The notes under the pieces are model-generated. The model searched no databases and was not told where the DNA came from. It saw only the letters and a list, made by a program, of their open reading frames with translations. DNA of 64,000 nucleotides from contig CBDAOI010000004.1 in NCBI GenBank assembly GCA_965198005.1, positions 640,001-704,000 of the forward strand. The letters are read 5' to 3'. The translations under genes were made by a program, and so were the position numbers. Origin of the DNA: Spirochaetia bacterium. GTDB taxonomy: Bacteria; Spirochaetota; Spirochaetia; SZUA-6; Bin103. Positions 19,555-30,100 of this stretch are shown piece by piece; position 1 is the stretch's first letter; each line of letters opens with the position of its first letter.

Positions 19555-20810
19555 ACGCGGACCCCGCGCCGCGGCTGCGCAACCGGGAGGTCGCCTTTAC
19601 CGGCCGCCTCGCCTCCATGACCCGCGACGAGGCCGCGGGCCGGGTGACCGCGGCCGGCGGCAGGGTGGTGGGCACGCCGGGTCCCGACACCGCGTGGCTG
19701 GTGGTGGGGCAGGGGGGCTGGCCGTTGCGCGGCGACGGCCGGCCGACCGCCAGCATGCTCCGCGCCCGCTCCCTCGAGCAGCAACCACGCGCGCGCCTGC
19801 AGGTGGTCTCCGAGACCCGGTTCCTGGAGCTGCTCGGCCTGGACGAGAAGGTGGAAGACCTGCAGCGCCTGTTCACCACCGTCCAGCTCGGCCGCATTCT
19901 CGAGCTGCCGACGCGGGAGCTTCGGACCTGGGTGCGGCGCGGGTTGATCCACCCGGTCAAGGTGGTGAATCGCCTGGCCTGGTTCGATTTTCGGGAAGTG
20001 GCGATGGCGCGCGCGCTCCACTCGCTGACCAGCGCCGGAGTATCGCCGGCGCGGATCAGCCGCAGCATCCGCGAGCTGTCGCGCTGGCTGCCGGACGCGC
20101 AGCGCATGTTGACCCGGTTGGAGACCTTCGCCCACGGCCGCGGCCTCGGCATCCGCCTGCAGGACGGACGGCTGGCCGACCCCGCGGGCCAGTTCCTGCT
20201 CGACCTGCATCGCGGCACGTCCGACCCGGCGGGGCCGTTGATTCGCGCGTTCGATCCGCGCGCGGCGGCCGCGGATCACGCTGATGCCGCACCCGGCGCC
20301 GCGGACGGGGAGGGGGACGCCGCTTCGGCAGCGCCCGGCGGGGTGGCCGAGGAGCTGTTCGGGCAGGGGGTGCAGGCGGAAGATCGCGGCCAGTGGGAGC
20401 ATGCGCTGAGCCTCTACGAGCGGTCCCTGGAGGCGGGCGGACCCGACCCGGAAACCTGCTTCAACCTGGGCAACGTGCTGTACGAACTGGACCGCAAACG
20501 GGACGCGGCCAAGCGCTACCTGCAGGCGGTCGAGCTCGATCCCGAGTACGTCGAGTCGCTCAACAACCTCGGCAACGCGCTGGCCGATAGCGGCTGGCTG
20601 ACGGAGGCGGTCAATGCCTACCGGCGCGCGCTGCGCGTGGAGCCGGACTACGCCGACGCGCACAGCAACCTGGCGGAGACCCTGGTGTACCTCGGCCGCT
20701 ACGACGATGCGCGCGAGCACTGGCACGCCTACCTGCGGCTCGACCCGCACAGCTCCTGGGCGCGCGCGATTCGGGAACTGATCCGCAACCTCCCCACCGG
20801 CCCCGGCTGA
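19551..20810 (+). CDS. BRCT plus MerR-like HTH plus TPR-repeat protein
   Basis: GGAGG and ATGA overlap with the ligase stop. BRCT: VAFTGRLASMTRDEAAGRVTAAGG...WLVVG. HTH: LRTWVRRGLIHP...FDFREV. About four TPRs (FNLGNVLY, LNNLGNALA, HSNLAETL). Confidence 0.85.
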   Translation: MNADPAPRLRNREVAFTGRLASMTRDEAAGRVTAAGGRVVGTPGPDTAWLVVGQGGWPLRGDGRPTASMLRARSLEQQPRARLQVVSETRFLELLGLDEKVEDLQRLFTTVQLGRILELPTRELRTWVRRGLIHPVKVVNRLAWFDFREVAMARALHSLTSAGVSPARISRSIRELSRWLPDAQRMLTRLETFAHGRGLGIRLQDGRLADPAGQFLLDLHRGTSDPAGPLIRAFDPRAAAADHADAAPGAADGEGDAASAAPGGVAEELFGQGVQAEDRGQWEHALSLYERSLEAGGPDPETCFNLGNVLYELDRKRDAAKRYLQAVELDPEYVESLNNLGNALADSGWLTEAVNAYRRALRVEPDYADAHSNLAETLVYLGRYDDAREHWHAYLRLDPHSSWARAIRELIRNLPTGPG

Positions 20811-20834
20811 CGCCCGCCTCGCGGTGCGCCTCAT

Positions 20835-22010
20835 TCAGCCCGGATCATGGGTCATCTCCAGGATATCGGAGAATGACCGGTCCGGGGTGAGCGCGCGGAA
20901 AAAGGGCTCGCACGGCAGACACAGCACGCCGCGTTCCCGGATGCGGCGCGGACCGCGGTACAGCAGCAATGGTGTTGCCATGGGGTAGTCCTGCGTGAAG
21001 GCCCGCAGCCCGCTGAAGTCGCGCGGATGGAGTGTCGCGCTGTGCTTGACTTCGATGGCGAACAGCCCGCTCTCCCCGTAAAGCACGAGGTCGACCTCGT
21101 TGCCGGCGCGGGTGCGCCAGAAGCTGAGGGTGTCGTCGCGGTTGGCGTAGGCGAGCCAGGCTCGCAGATGCTGGGCAACCAACCCCTCGAGAGCTGCTCC
21201 CGCAAGTTCTTCGGGGCGGTCGAGCGGCCCCCGCGGCCGCAGCGAACGAAACAACCCGGCGTCCATCAGGTACAGCTTGGGGTGCGTGGTCATGCGCCGC
21301 CGCGCGCGCCGGGTGAACACCGGCAGGGTGAACGCCAGCAGCAGGTCGCGCAGCACCTCGACGTAACCCGTCGCCACCTTGCGCTGCACCTCGCACTCAC
21401 GGGCGAGATTGGACACGTTCAGAACCCCGCCGTGACTGAAGCTCACGGCTTCGAGAAAGCGAGAAAACGCGCCGATGTTCCGCACCAGCCCTTCCGCCTG
21501 TACCTCCTCGCGTACGTAGAGGGCGGCGTATGAGCGCAGCGCGGCGTCCGGATCGGGCGCGTCGACGACCAGCGGTATCAAACCCAGCGTCAGGGCGCGG
21601 TTCAGGCTGAAGCCGGCACCCAGCTCCGCCGCCATGAACGGATGCATGGTCGTGAGCACCGCGCGCCCGGCGAGCAGATCCACGCCGGTGCGATGCAGCT
21701 TGCGGGCGCTGGATCCGGTGAGCACGAAGCGCCGACCCTTGTCGAGCTCGATCAGTTGGTGCACGACCTGCAGCAGTTCCGGCACCCGCTGAACTTCGTC
21801 GATGACGATCGGATTGCTGCCGGGATTCGCCGCGACGGTGTGTCGCAGCCGCTCCGGCGCCGCCCCGTAGAAGCGCGTGTTCTCCGGATCGATCAGGTCG
21901 ATTATCAGGGCCTCCGGGTAGCGGTCGCGCAGCCAGGTCGACTTGCCCGTACCGCGCGGGCCGAAGAGGAAGTAGCTCGCCGGCGGCGGCCGGTAGAATC
22001 GCGCCAACAT
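20835..22010 (-). CDS. AAA_14-type ATPase with DUF4143 domain
   Basis: GPRGTGKS, VIDEVQR, LTGSSA, PKLYLMDAG, EVDLV...AIEVK. Own promoter TGGACA-N17-TAGCGT (22045-22017), 6 nt before the ATG. Confidence 0.9.
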   Translation of the reverse strand: MLARFYRPPPASYFLFGPRGTGKSTWLRDRYPEALIIDLIDPENTRFYGAAPERLRHTVAANPGSNPIVIDEVQRVPELLQVVHQLIELDKGRRFVLTGSSARKLHRTGVDLLAGRAVLTTMHPFMAAELGAGFSLNRALTLGLIPLVVDAPDPDAALRSYAALYVREEVQAEGLVRNIGAFSRFLEAVSFSHGGVLNVSNLARECEVQRKVATGYVEVLRDLLLAFTLPVFTRRARRRMTTHPKLYLMDAGLFRSLRPRGPLDRPEELAGAALEGLVAQHLRAWLAYANRDDTLSFWRTRAGNEVDLVLYGESGLFAIEVKHSATLHPRDFSGLRAFTQDYPMATPLLLYRGPRRIRERGVLCLPCEPFFRALTPDRSFSDILEMTHDPG

Positions 22011-22095
22011 GGGGCGACGCTATCCGCTGTGTGACAATCTGTCCAGTGCGATGCCGTTTTGGGTCGAAAAAAGGCATTTCGATACCCATAATGCG

Positions 22096-24192
22096 TCAGC
22101 GGCTGGCGAGATACTCCTGCAGGCGCTCGATCGCGGGGGCGAAGTCCTGCGGTTCGGTCAGCGTGGCGCGGAACCGGTCGCCGCGCCGCGCCAGCAGGGA
22201 CGGGGTGGTGCCGATGGTGTACCGGCTCGGGTGCAGGTCGCCATCCAGCTCGTCCCAGTCCAGCGGCATCGACACGCAGGCGCCCGGCACCGGCCGCACC
22301 ACGTACGGCGGTACCACGGTGGCGCTCCGGCGGTTCTGGAGGAAGTCGACGTATACCTTGCCGCCGCGGCCGCGCGGCAGCCGTTCGACGCTGGCGAGGT
22401 CGGGCTGCTCGCGCGCCACCACGCGCGCCACGGCCTCCATGAACAGGCGCGCCTGATCGAAGCTGTAGCCGGGCACCAGCGGCAGGTACAGGTGCAGCCC
22501 GGAGGCGCCGGAGGTCTTGACCGCAGGCTCCAGACCGATGCCGCGCAGCACCTTGCCGGCGGTCCGCGCGACCCGTACCGCCGCCGCGAAGCCCGCCTCC
22601 TTGGCGTCCAGGTCCAGCACCGCGAAGTCGGGGCTCTCCAGGCTGCCGCGCCGCGACAGCCACGGATGCAGCTCGATGCTGCCGAGGTTGATCAGGTAGA
22701 TCAGGGTCTCGAGGCCGTTGCACACGAACTGCCGGTCGTGCGCGGCGTCGACCTCCACCAGTTCCACCCAGTCCGGCACGCCGGCGGGGGCCTGGCGCTG
22801 GAAGAACGACTTGCCCTCGATGCCGTCGGGAAAGCGGTTCAGGTGCACCGGCCGGTCGCGCAGGTAGGGCAGCAGGTACTCGGCCACCTGCTCGTAGAAG
22901 CGCAGCAGGTCGCCCTTGGTGTACCCGTCGCGCGGCCAGTAGACCTTGTCCAGGTTGCTCAGCGGGAAGCGTGCGCGCCGCCGGCGGCGGTGGCTGGCGG
23001 CGCGCGCCAGCGCGGACTGCAGCTCGAGGCCGCGCGCGGCGTGGTCCGCGCGCAACCGGATCCGGCGCCAGTCGGCCTGCGGGCCGGCACGGTAGCCGCT
23101 GTGCGCGCGTTTCGCCACCAAGCCGTGAAACCCGGCCGCCGCCGCGGAGGAGGCGAGCTGTTCGCCGCTGCCGGTGACGTGGTCGGCGTAGAGCAGCGTC
23201 CGCATCTCGGGAAGCAGGGCGCGCAGCAGTTGCTTGCGCTCCAGCAACGGCACCGCGCGCAGGTCCCATTCGTCGTAGTGCAGCAGGTCGAACGCGTAGT
23301 AGGTCACGGGCGCGCCGGCGCCGCCGGCCGCCCAGGCGTCGAGCGCGGCGCGGGACGGACGTCCGTGTGCGTCGAGCGCCACCAGCACGCCGTCCAGCAG
23401 CGCCTGCTCCGCCCGCACCCGAGCCAGATCGGCCGCCAGCACCGACTGGGCGCGCGGGTGCAACTCCAGCTCCGATCCGTCCGCGGCGGCCAGCGCCGGC
23501 TGCGCTCCCTGCACGCAGGCGAACGCCCGCAGCCCCTCGAACTCCAGCTCGAAGATCCAGTCCGGATCGGAGAACTGACCGGCGGCTGCCCCGGCGCGCA
23601 TCGCCTGCGGCCGGCGCGGCAACGGCGCAGCGCAGGCGCGCGCATCCAGCACCGGCAGCGGCTCGTCCGCGCCGCGGGCGTACCGGTCACGCGCCTTGAA
23701 CAGCAGCCACTCGTCCGCGCCGCCGGTACGCACCAGGTGCCACTCGCCGCGCAGCCGGCGCCCGCGCAGGATCACCTTCACTTCGCCCGTGGCGAGCGCC
23801 GCTTCCAGCCCGGCGGCCCGCACCACCTCGTACGACCCGCGGTCCCAGATCAGCATCGTCCCGGCGCCGTACTGGCCCGGCGGGATCACCCCCTCGAACG
23901 TCCGGTAGCGCAGGGGATGGTCCTCGGTCCGGACCGCCAGGTGCTTGACCTGCGGGTCGTAGGAGAAGCCGCGCGGCACCGCCCAGCACACCAGCACGCC
24001 GCCGGCGGCCAGGCGCAGATCGTAGTGCAGGCGGCGCGCCTCGTGGCGGTGGATCACGAACGTACCGGCCGTCTCCACCGCCTCCGCGGCCTCCGGCGCC
24101 GCGGCCGGCGCGGGCTCGAACCGAGGCTCCGGCGTGCGGGGAAAGTCGCGCCGGGCGTTATACTCTGCTGGGGAGCGGGACATGCGGGCCAT
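22096..24192 (-). CDS. ligD: LigD-like protein: phosphoesterase, degenerate ligase and primase-polymerase domains
   Basis: PE: HEARRLHYDLRL, WAVPRG, TEDHPL. POL: LSNLDKVYWP, RFPDGI, VLDLD, KTSGASGLH, VDFLQN. Ligase motif I reads ELEFEG, with no Lys. Confidence 0.92.
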   Translation of the reverse strand: MARMSRSPAEYNARRDFPRTPEPRFEPAPAAAPEAAEAVETAGTFVIHRHEARRLHYDLRLAAGGVLVCWAVPRGFSYDPQVKHLAVRTEDHPLRYRTFEGVIPPGQYGAGTMLIWDRGSYEVVRAAGLEAALATGEVKVILRGRRLRGEWHLVRTGGADEWLLFKARDRYARGADEPLPVLDARACAAPLPRRPQAMRAGAAAGQFSDPDWIFELEFEGLRAFACVQGAQPALAAADGSELELHPRAQSVLAADLARVRAEQALLDGVLVALDAHGRPSRAALDAWAAGGAGAPVTYYAFDLLHYDEWDLRAVPLLERKQLLRALLPEMRTLLYADHVTGSGEQLASSAAAAGFHGLVAKRAHSGYRAGPQADWRRIRLRADHAARGLELQSALARAASHRRRRRARFPLSNLDKVYWPRDGYTKGDLLRFYEQVAEYLLPYLRDRPVHLNRFPDGIEGKSFFQRQAPAGVPDWVELVEVDAAHDRQFVCNGLETLIYLINLGSIELHPWLSRRGSLESPDFAVLDLDAKEAGFAAAVRVARTAGKVLRGIGLEPAVKTSGASGLHLYLPLVPGYSFDQARLFMEAVARVVAREQPDLASVERLPRGRGGKVYVDFLQNRRSATVVPPYVVRPVPGACVSMPLDWDELDGDLHPSRYTIGTTPSLLARRGDRFRATLTEPQDFAPAIERLQEYLASR

Positions 24193-24292
24193 GGACGGCA
24201 GTCAACTACCGTAGCGCCGGGCCCGCGCGCGTTCAAGACGGTAGAGCAGGCAGAGCAGGCAGAGCAGGACAGCAGGACAATAGGTGCGGAAG

Positions 24293-24823
24293 ATGCAACA
24301 GGTGCGGGAGGTGCAGCAGCAGAATCCGGTCGGCGGCGGGGGGTGGCCGGCGCCCTATCTTGAGTTCCTCGCCCGCTACCGGGCCGGCGCGCACTGGTCC
24401 GCGCACGAGGTGCTGGAAGACCTCTGGCGGGCCACCGAGGAGCCGCAACGGCGCCTGTTCTACCAGGGGTTGATTCAGCTCGCGGCGGCAATGGTGCACG
24501 CCGAGCGCGGCAACCTGCGCGGCGTGCAGGGTCTGCTGGCGAAGGCGGCGGCGAAGCTGCGGGCGGTGGCGCAGCCGGCGGGGGCGCAGCCGGCGGGGGC
24601 GCAGCCGGCGGGGGCGCATCCGGCGGGGGCCGGTGCCGGTGCGGCCCGCGGCGCGGTGTGCACCTACCAGGGGCTGGACCTGGTCCGGCTGCTGCAGGAG
24701 ATGGAAGCGGCGGCCGGCGCGGTGCGGGTCGCGTCCGCCGCGGTACCGCCGGGCGCGTTCGACTGGCGCCGCAAGCCGCGCCTGGAGTTGCCGGAGGCGC
24801 GGGCCGGAGGGAGCGACCGGTGA
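24293..24823 (+). CDS. DUF309 family protein
   Basis: AHEVLEDLW...YQGLIQLAAAMVH; contains a 15-bp (AQPAG) tandem repeat near 24570-24630. Start uncertain. Confidence 0.8.
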   Translation: MQQVREVQQQNPVGGGGWPAPYLEFLARYRAGAHWSAHEVLEDLWRATEEPQRRLFYQGLIQLAAAMVHAERGNLRGVQGLLAKAAAKLRAVAQPAGAQPAGAQPAGAHPAGAGAGAARGAVCTYQGLDLVRLLQEMEAAAGAVRVASAAVPPGAFDWRRKPRLELPEARAGGSDR

Positions 24824-25830
24824 CCGCCGCGCGCGCCGATCTTGATGGGCGCGGTGAGCCGGAGCCGGCGCTGCCCGATCTGGCCGCGGTGCGGGCCGCG
24901 GCAGCGCGCATCGCCCCGTACGTGCACCGGACGCCGGTCGTGACCTCGGCCCAGCTCGACGCCGCTACCGGGGCGCGGCTGTTCTTCAAGTGCGAGAATC
25001 TGCAGAAGGTAGGTGCGTTCAAGATCCGCGGGGCCACCAACTTCGTGCTGCAGCTTGCCCCCGCCACGGCGGCGCGTGGCGTGGTGACCCACTCCTCCGG
25101 CAACCACGGGCAGGCGGTGGCGGCCGCGGCGTGCAGGCGCGGGGTGCCGGCTACGGTGGTAATGCCGCGCAGCGCGGCCCCGGTCAAGCGGCGGGCGGTG
25201 GCGGACTACGGGGCGCGCGTAGTGACCTGCGCCGACGGCGACCAGGCGCGCTCCGCCGCGGCCGCCGACCTGGTCGCCCGCACCGGCGGCACGCTGATCC
25301 ACCCCTACGGTCATCCGCAGGTCGTGGCCGGGCAGGGGACGGTGGCGCTGGAGCTGCTGGAGCAGGTGGGGGAGCTGGACGCGGTGGTGGTGCCGGTGGG
25401 CGGCGGCGGCTGCCTGAGCGGGATCGGCGTGGCCGGGCGCGCGCTGCGCCCGCGCCTGGAGCTGTTCGGCGTGGAGCCGCAGCGGGCGGACGACGCCGCG
25501 CGGTCGCTGGCCGCCGGCCGGATCCTGCCCAGCCTGCACCCGGACACCGTGGCCGACGGACTGCGCACCGCGCTGGCGCCGCTCACCTTCCGCATCCTGC
25601 GCGCGTGCGAGGTCAGGATCCTGACCGTGACGGAGGAACAGATCATCGACGCGATGCGCACCATCTGGACCCGGCTGAAGCTGGTGGTGGAGCCGTCGGC
25701 CGCGGTCGGGCTGGCCGCGGTGTGCGCCCACCGCGCGCGGTTCCGGGGCAAGCGGGTGGCGCTGGTCTTGACCGGCGGCAACGTCGACCTGGACCACCTG
25801 CCCTGGCCGGGAGCGGGAGCCGTCCGCTGA
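24820..25830 (+). CDS. PLP-dependent serine/threonine dehydratase or racemase family protein
   Basis: FKCENLQKVGAFKIRGA, HSSGNHGQ, VPVGGGG, EPSAA, LTGGNVD; GTGA overlap with the upstream gene. Confidence 0.92.
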   Translation: MTAARADLDGRGEPEPALPDLAAVRAAAARIAPYVHRTPVVTSAQLDAATGARLFFKCENLQKVGAFKIRGATNFVLQLAPATAARGVVTHSSGNHGQAVAAAACRRGVPATVVMPRSAAPVKRRAVADYGARVVTCADGDQARSAAAADLVARTGGTLIHPYGHPQVVAGQGTVALELLEQVGELDAVVVPVGGGGCLSGIGVAGRALRPRLELFGVEPQRADDAARSLAAGRILPSLHPDTVADGLRTALAPLTFRILRACEVRILTVTEEQIIDAMRTIWTRLKLVVEPSAAVGLAAVCAHRARFRGKRVALVLTGGNVDLDHLPWPGAGAVR

Positions 25831-25886
25831 CCCGGATCGGGTCCCCGGCCGCGCGGCTCGCCGGGAGGCTCGCGGCGGTACTCGCC

Positions 25887-26873
25887 GTGTTGCTCGCCAC
25901 GGCGGCGCTCCTGCTGCTGGCAGGTTGCGTGACCCCGGACCGCCGGCCCGCCGCCGGACGCGCGTTCGAACGGGCGTTCGCATGGACGCACCGGGGCCGC
26001 CCGTACCGCCTCGAGCTGAAGCTGCGTTCCGACGTGTACGAGGAGTTCAGGCGGAGAGAGCGGACGCGCGAGTACGATCTGTTCGCTTCCGACCTCTCCG
26101 GCAAGCCGTTCGTGCGGACGATCACCCGCGGTCTGCGCGACTACGCGCGCGCCAGCGGCCTGACCGAGGAGCAGGTTCCCTACTTCGTCGTCGCCTTTGT
26201 CCAGAATCTGCCCTACACGTCGGATGACGTAACCACCGGCTTCGACGAGTATCCGCGGTTCCCCTACGAGACGCTCTACGACAACGGCGGCGACTGCGAG
26301 GACACCTCGATCCTGGCGTCCGCGCTGCTGCACGAGCTGGGCTACGGAGTCGCCCTGCTGCGGTTTCCGGACCACAACCACGTGGCGGTGGGCGTGCAGT
26401 GCCAGCCGGCCGCCGGCAAGTCCTCCTACACGCACGGCGGCGTCCACTACTGCTACCTGGAGACGACGGGAGAGAACTGGGAGATCGGCGAGGTCCCGCC
26501 CGACCTGCGCGGCCTGACCGCGGTGGTCACGCCGGTGGTCGAGCGGCCGGTCCTGCGGGTCGACTTCGATTCCCGCTCCGAGTATCTGCCAGCCACCGGC
26601 ACCACGGTCGAGGTGGCGGCGTCGGTGACGAATCTGGGGTCGCAGACGGCACGCCGCACCGTGATCCAGGTCGCGTTGCAGACCCCCGCAACGGGCACGA
26701 TCGCAGACTCCGAACGGAGCCGGCAATTCACCCTGGCTCCGGACCAATCCTACGCCTACGAGGTGACCGGTCTGCGGCTGGCGACCGGCAAGGAATTCAG
26801 GATCTACGTGCGCGCCTGGGCCGACAACGCGGCCCCCGCCGAGGCCGTGAGCGACTGGATCCGGTGGGATTGA
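25887..26873 (+). CDS. Lipoprotein with transglutaminase-like cysteine-protease domain and C-terminal beta domain
   Basis: Lipobox LAGC; EYPRFPYETL, GDCEDTSIL, HVAVGV, YLETT. Start uncertain. Confidence 0.75.
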   Translation: MLLATAALLLLAGCVTPDRRPAAGRAFERAFAWTHRGRPYRLELKLRSDVYEEFRRRERTREYDLFASDLSGKPFVRTITRGLRDYARASGLTEEQVPYFVVAFVQNLPYTSDDVTTGFDEYPRFPYETLYDNGGDCEDTSILASALLHELGYGVALLRFPDHNHVAVGVQCQPAAGKSSYTHGGVHYCYLETTGENWEIGEVPPDLRGLTAVVTPVVERPVLRVDFDSRSEYLPATGTTVEVAASVTNLGSQTARRTVIQVALQTPATGTIADSERSRQFTLAPDQSYAYEVTGLRLATGKEFRIYVRAWADNAAPAEAVSDWIRWD

Positions 26874-26895
26874 CAGGCGCGCGGCGGGTCAAGAG

Positions 26896-27030
26896 TCACG
26901 CCCTCGCGCGCGGCGGGAATCTTTCGTACAACGCTTCGAGTACGGCCAAGCGCTTATCGACGCCGTTCACGTCGCGACGCAACTCGTGCACGTCAGTGCT
27001 CAGCGCTGACACCGCCGAGCGTACCGCGTT
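26896..27030 (-). pseudogene. C-terminal remnant of a small coiled-coil protein
   Basis: ALSTDVHELRRDVNGVDKRLAVLEA resembles the C-termini of 10878..11324 and 30339..30656; no membrane anchor. Confidence 0.45.
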
Positions 27031-27100
27031 CGAACGCTGCCGGCGGGCAACGCGGTGCATTGCCTCGCGCCCGATTGCGCGGTAGCCTGTAGCGAGCGCC

Positions 27101-30100
27101 GTGTCTACTACGATAACATCGACTCCTGAACGGCCCGCCGGGGCCGCCCATTCGCGCGCGGCGGTCCAGAACGTGGCCGACTTCCTGGCGGACCTGGAGC
27201 CGCAGGTGCGTGGTGAGTTGCGCACCGACACCTACAGCCGGCTGCTGTACAGCACCGACGCCAGCATCTACCAGGTGATGCCGCACGCCGTCCTCATTCC
27301 GCAGAGCATGGAGGACGTGCACGCCGCCGTGACCTTGGCCGCCGAGCGCGCGATCCCGATCGTGCCGCGCACCGCCGGCTCCAGTCTGGCCGGGCAGGCG
27401 ATCGGGGAGGCGCTGATCATCGACTTCTCGCGCCATCTCGACCGCATCGTGGAGCTGAACGCCGAGGAAGGCTGGGTGCGGGTGCAGCCGGGCATCGTGC
27501 TGGACGAGCTGAACCTGTACCTCAAGCCGCACGGCCTGCAGTTCGGACCCGATCCCGCCAGCAGCAACCGCGCCGCGATGGGCGGCATCGTGGCCAACAA
27601 CTCCACCGGCGCGCACTCCATTCTCTACGGCATGACCGCCGACCACGTGCTGGAGCTGGACACCATTCTCAGCGACGGCAGCGGCGCCCACCTGGGGCCG
27701 GTGGCGGCGGACGCGTTCGACCAGTACGCGCGCCGGCCCGGGCTGGAGGGGCGGCTCTACCACGGCGTCGCCGAGCTGGCGCAGCGCAACGAGGACACCA
27801 TCCTGGCCGGCACGCCCCGCCACTGGCGCCGCTGCGGCGGCTACAACCTGGACCGGTTCGTCGACGGCGCGGCGTTCCGCTACCCGCGCGACCCGCGCTT
27901 CAACCTGGCCAAGCTGATCTGCGGCTCGGAGGGCACGCTGGCGGTGATGACCGAGCTGAAGCTGGGCGTGGTGCCGCTGCCGCGGCGCACCGGCCTCGCG
28001 GTGGTGCACTTCGACAGCCTGTACGAGGCATTGTCGGCGGTGCCGCCGATGCTGGAGACCGGCCCGAGCGCGATCGAGCTGCTGGACAACCTGGGGCTGA
28101 CCCTGTGCCGCGGCGTGCCGCAGTACGCGCGCCTGCTGTCCACCTTCGTCGAAGGCGATCCCGACTGCGTGCTGATCACCGAGTTCTACGGCGGCACCGA
28201 GGCGGAAGTGCGCGCTTCGGTGGACAAGCTGCAGCGGCGCTTGGCGCGCCAGGGGGTCAGGACGCGCACCGTGGCGGCCATCGATCCGGCCTTGCAGCGC
28301 AACGTGTGGGCCGTGCGCAAGGTGGGGCTGGGGCTGATGATGAGCATCAAGGGTGACTACAAGCCGATTCCGTTCATCGAGGACGCGGCGGTGCCGCCGC
28401 AGCACTTGGCCGACTACGTGACGGAGATTCAGCGCTTCTGCGGCGAGATCGGCGTGCAGCGCGTGGCCATGTACGCGCACGCCAGCGCCGGCTGCCTGCA
28501 TATCCGGCCGCTGATCAACACCAAGCTGGCCAGCGACGTGGAACGGCTGCCGCGGATCTCCTCGTTCGCGGTGGAGTTGCTCGGACGCTACGGCGGCGTC
28601 TGGTCCAGCGAGCACGGCGACGGCCGCGCGCGCAGTTGGCTCAACGAGCAGTTCTTCGGGCGCGAGCTGTACCAGTTGTACCGCCAGGTGAAGGGGCTGT
28701 TCGATCCCGTCGGCATCCTCAACCCCGGGCAGGTGGTGGACGCGCCGCCGATGACCCAAGACCTGCGCTACGGGGCCGACTACCGCGCGCTGCAGCAGCC
28801 CGAGCATCTCGACTTCAGCACCGACCAGGGGTTCGAGCGCGCGGTCGAGATGTGCAACGGCGCCGCCATCTGCCGCAAGAAGACCGAGGGCACGATGTGT
28901 CCCTCCTTCATGGTGACGCGCGAGGAGGAGCACAGCACGCGCGGCCGTGCCAACCTGCTGCGCGCGGCGCTGAGCGGCGAGCTGCCGGCGGAAGAGCTGA
29001 CCGGCGCGCGGCTGTACGCCGCGATGGACCTGTGCATCGAGTGCAAGGCGTGCAAGGCGGAGTGCCCCTCGTCGGTGGACATGGCCAAGATCAAGTTCGA
29101 GTACTTGGCGCGCTACTACGAGGCCAACCCGGTGCCACGCCGGGTGCGGTTCTTCGCCGACGTCGCCCGCACCAGCCGGGCCGCCAGCGGCTGGCGCGCG
29201 CCGCTGGTCAACGCGCTGAACGGCGCCGCCCCGGTACGCTGGCTGCTGGAGAAGGCGCTGGGCATCAGCCGCGCGCGCACCCTGCCGCGGTTCGCGGCGC
29301 GCCCGTTCACGCGCTGGTTCGCCGGGCGCGCGGCGGCCCGCGCCGGCGACAACCTGGAGCTTCCGGGCGGAGCGCCGCGGGCCGACGATGCCGCCGCTAA
29401 GCGGCCGGCGCCGACGGCCAACGGCCACCCGGGCGCGCGTCCGCCGCGGCCGGGCGCCAACGGGGGCCCGCCCACCGCCGCCGCCGGGGGCGTCACCCGC
29501 GACGTGGTGCTGTTCAACGACACGTTCAACACCTACAACGACCCCGAAGTGGCGATCGCCGCCACCGAGGTGCTGGAGGCCGCCGGGTACCGCGTGGTGC
29601 TGCCGGGCCACTGGTGCTGCGGCCGGCCGATGGTGTCCAAGGGGCTGATGGAACCGGCGCGCGCGGCCGCCCGCGCCACCGTCGAGCGGCTGCACCCGCT
29701 GGTCGCGCGCGGGATGCCGGTGATCGGCCTGGAGCCGAGCTGCATCCTTACGCTCAAGGACGAATACCTGTCGCTGCTCCCCGACGACCCGCGCGTGCGG
29801 GAGGTCGCCGATGCCGCCGTCACCTTCGAGGAGTTCGTCGCGGCGGAGGCTGCGGCCGGGCGCTTCAACCTGCGGTTCCGGCCGCAGGCGGGCCGCGTGC
29901 TGCTGCACGGACACTGCCATCAGAAGGCGCTGGTCGGGACCGGCGCCAGCCACCGTACGCTGGAGCTGGCCGGCTTCACGGTCGAGGAGGTCGACTCCGG
30001 CTGCTGCGGCATGGCCGGCTCCTTCGGCTACGAGGCGGAGCACCTGGACCTGTCCCTGGCCATGGCCGAACGGCGGCTGCTGCCGGCGGTGCGCGCCGCC

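Noticed and set aside
24243-24630. Short 9-bp and 15-bp tandem repeats around the DUF309 gene as contingency loci
   Set aside because: Units are multiples of three with few copies, in low-complexity linker or upstream sequence; no frame-switch effect is expected.
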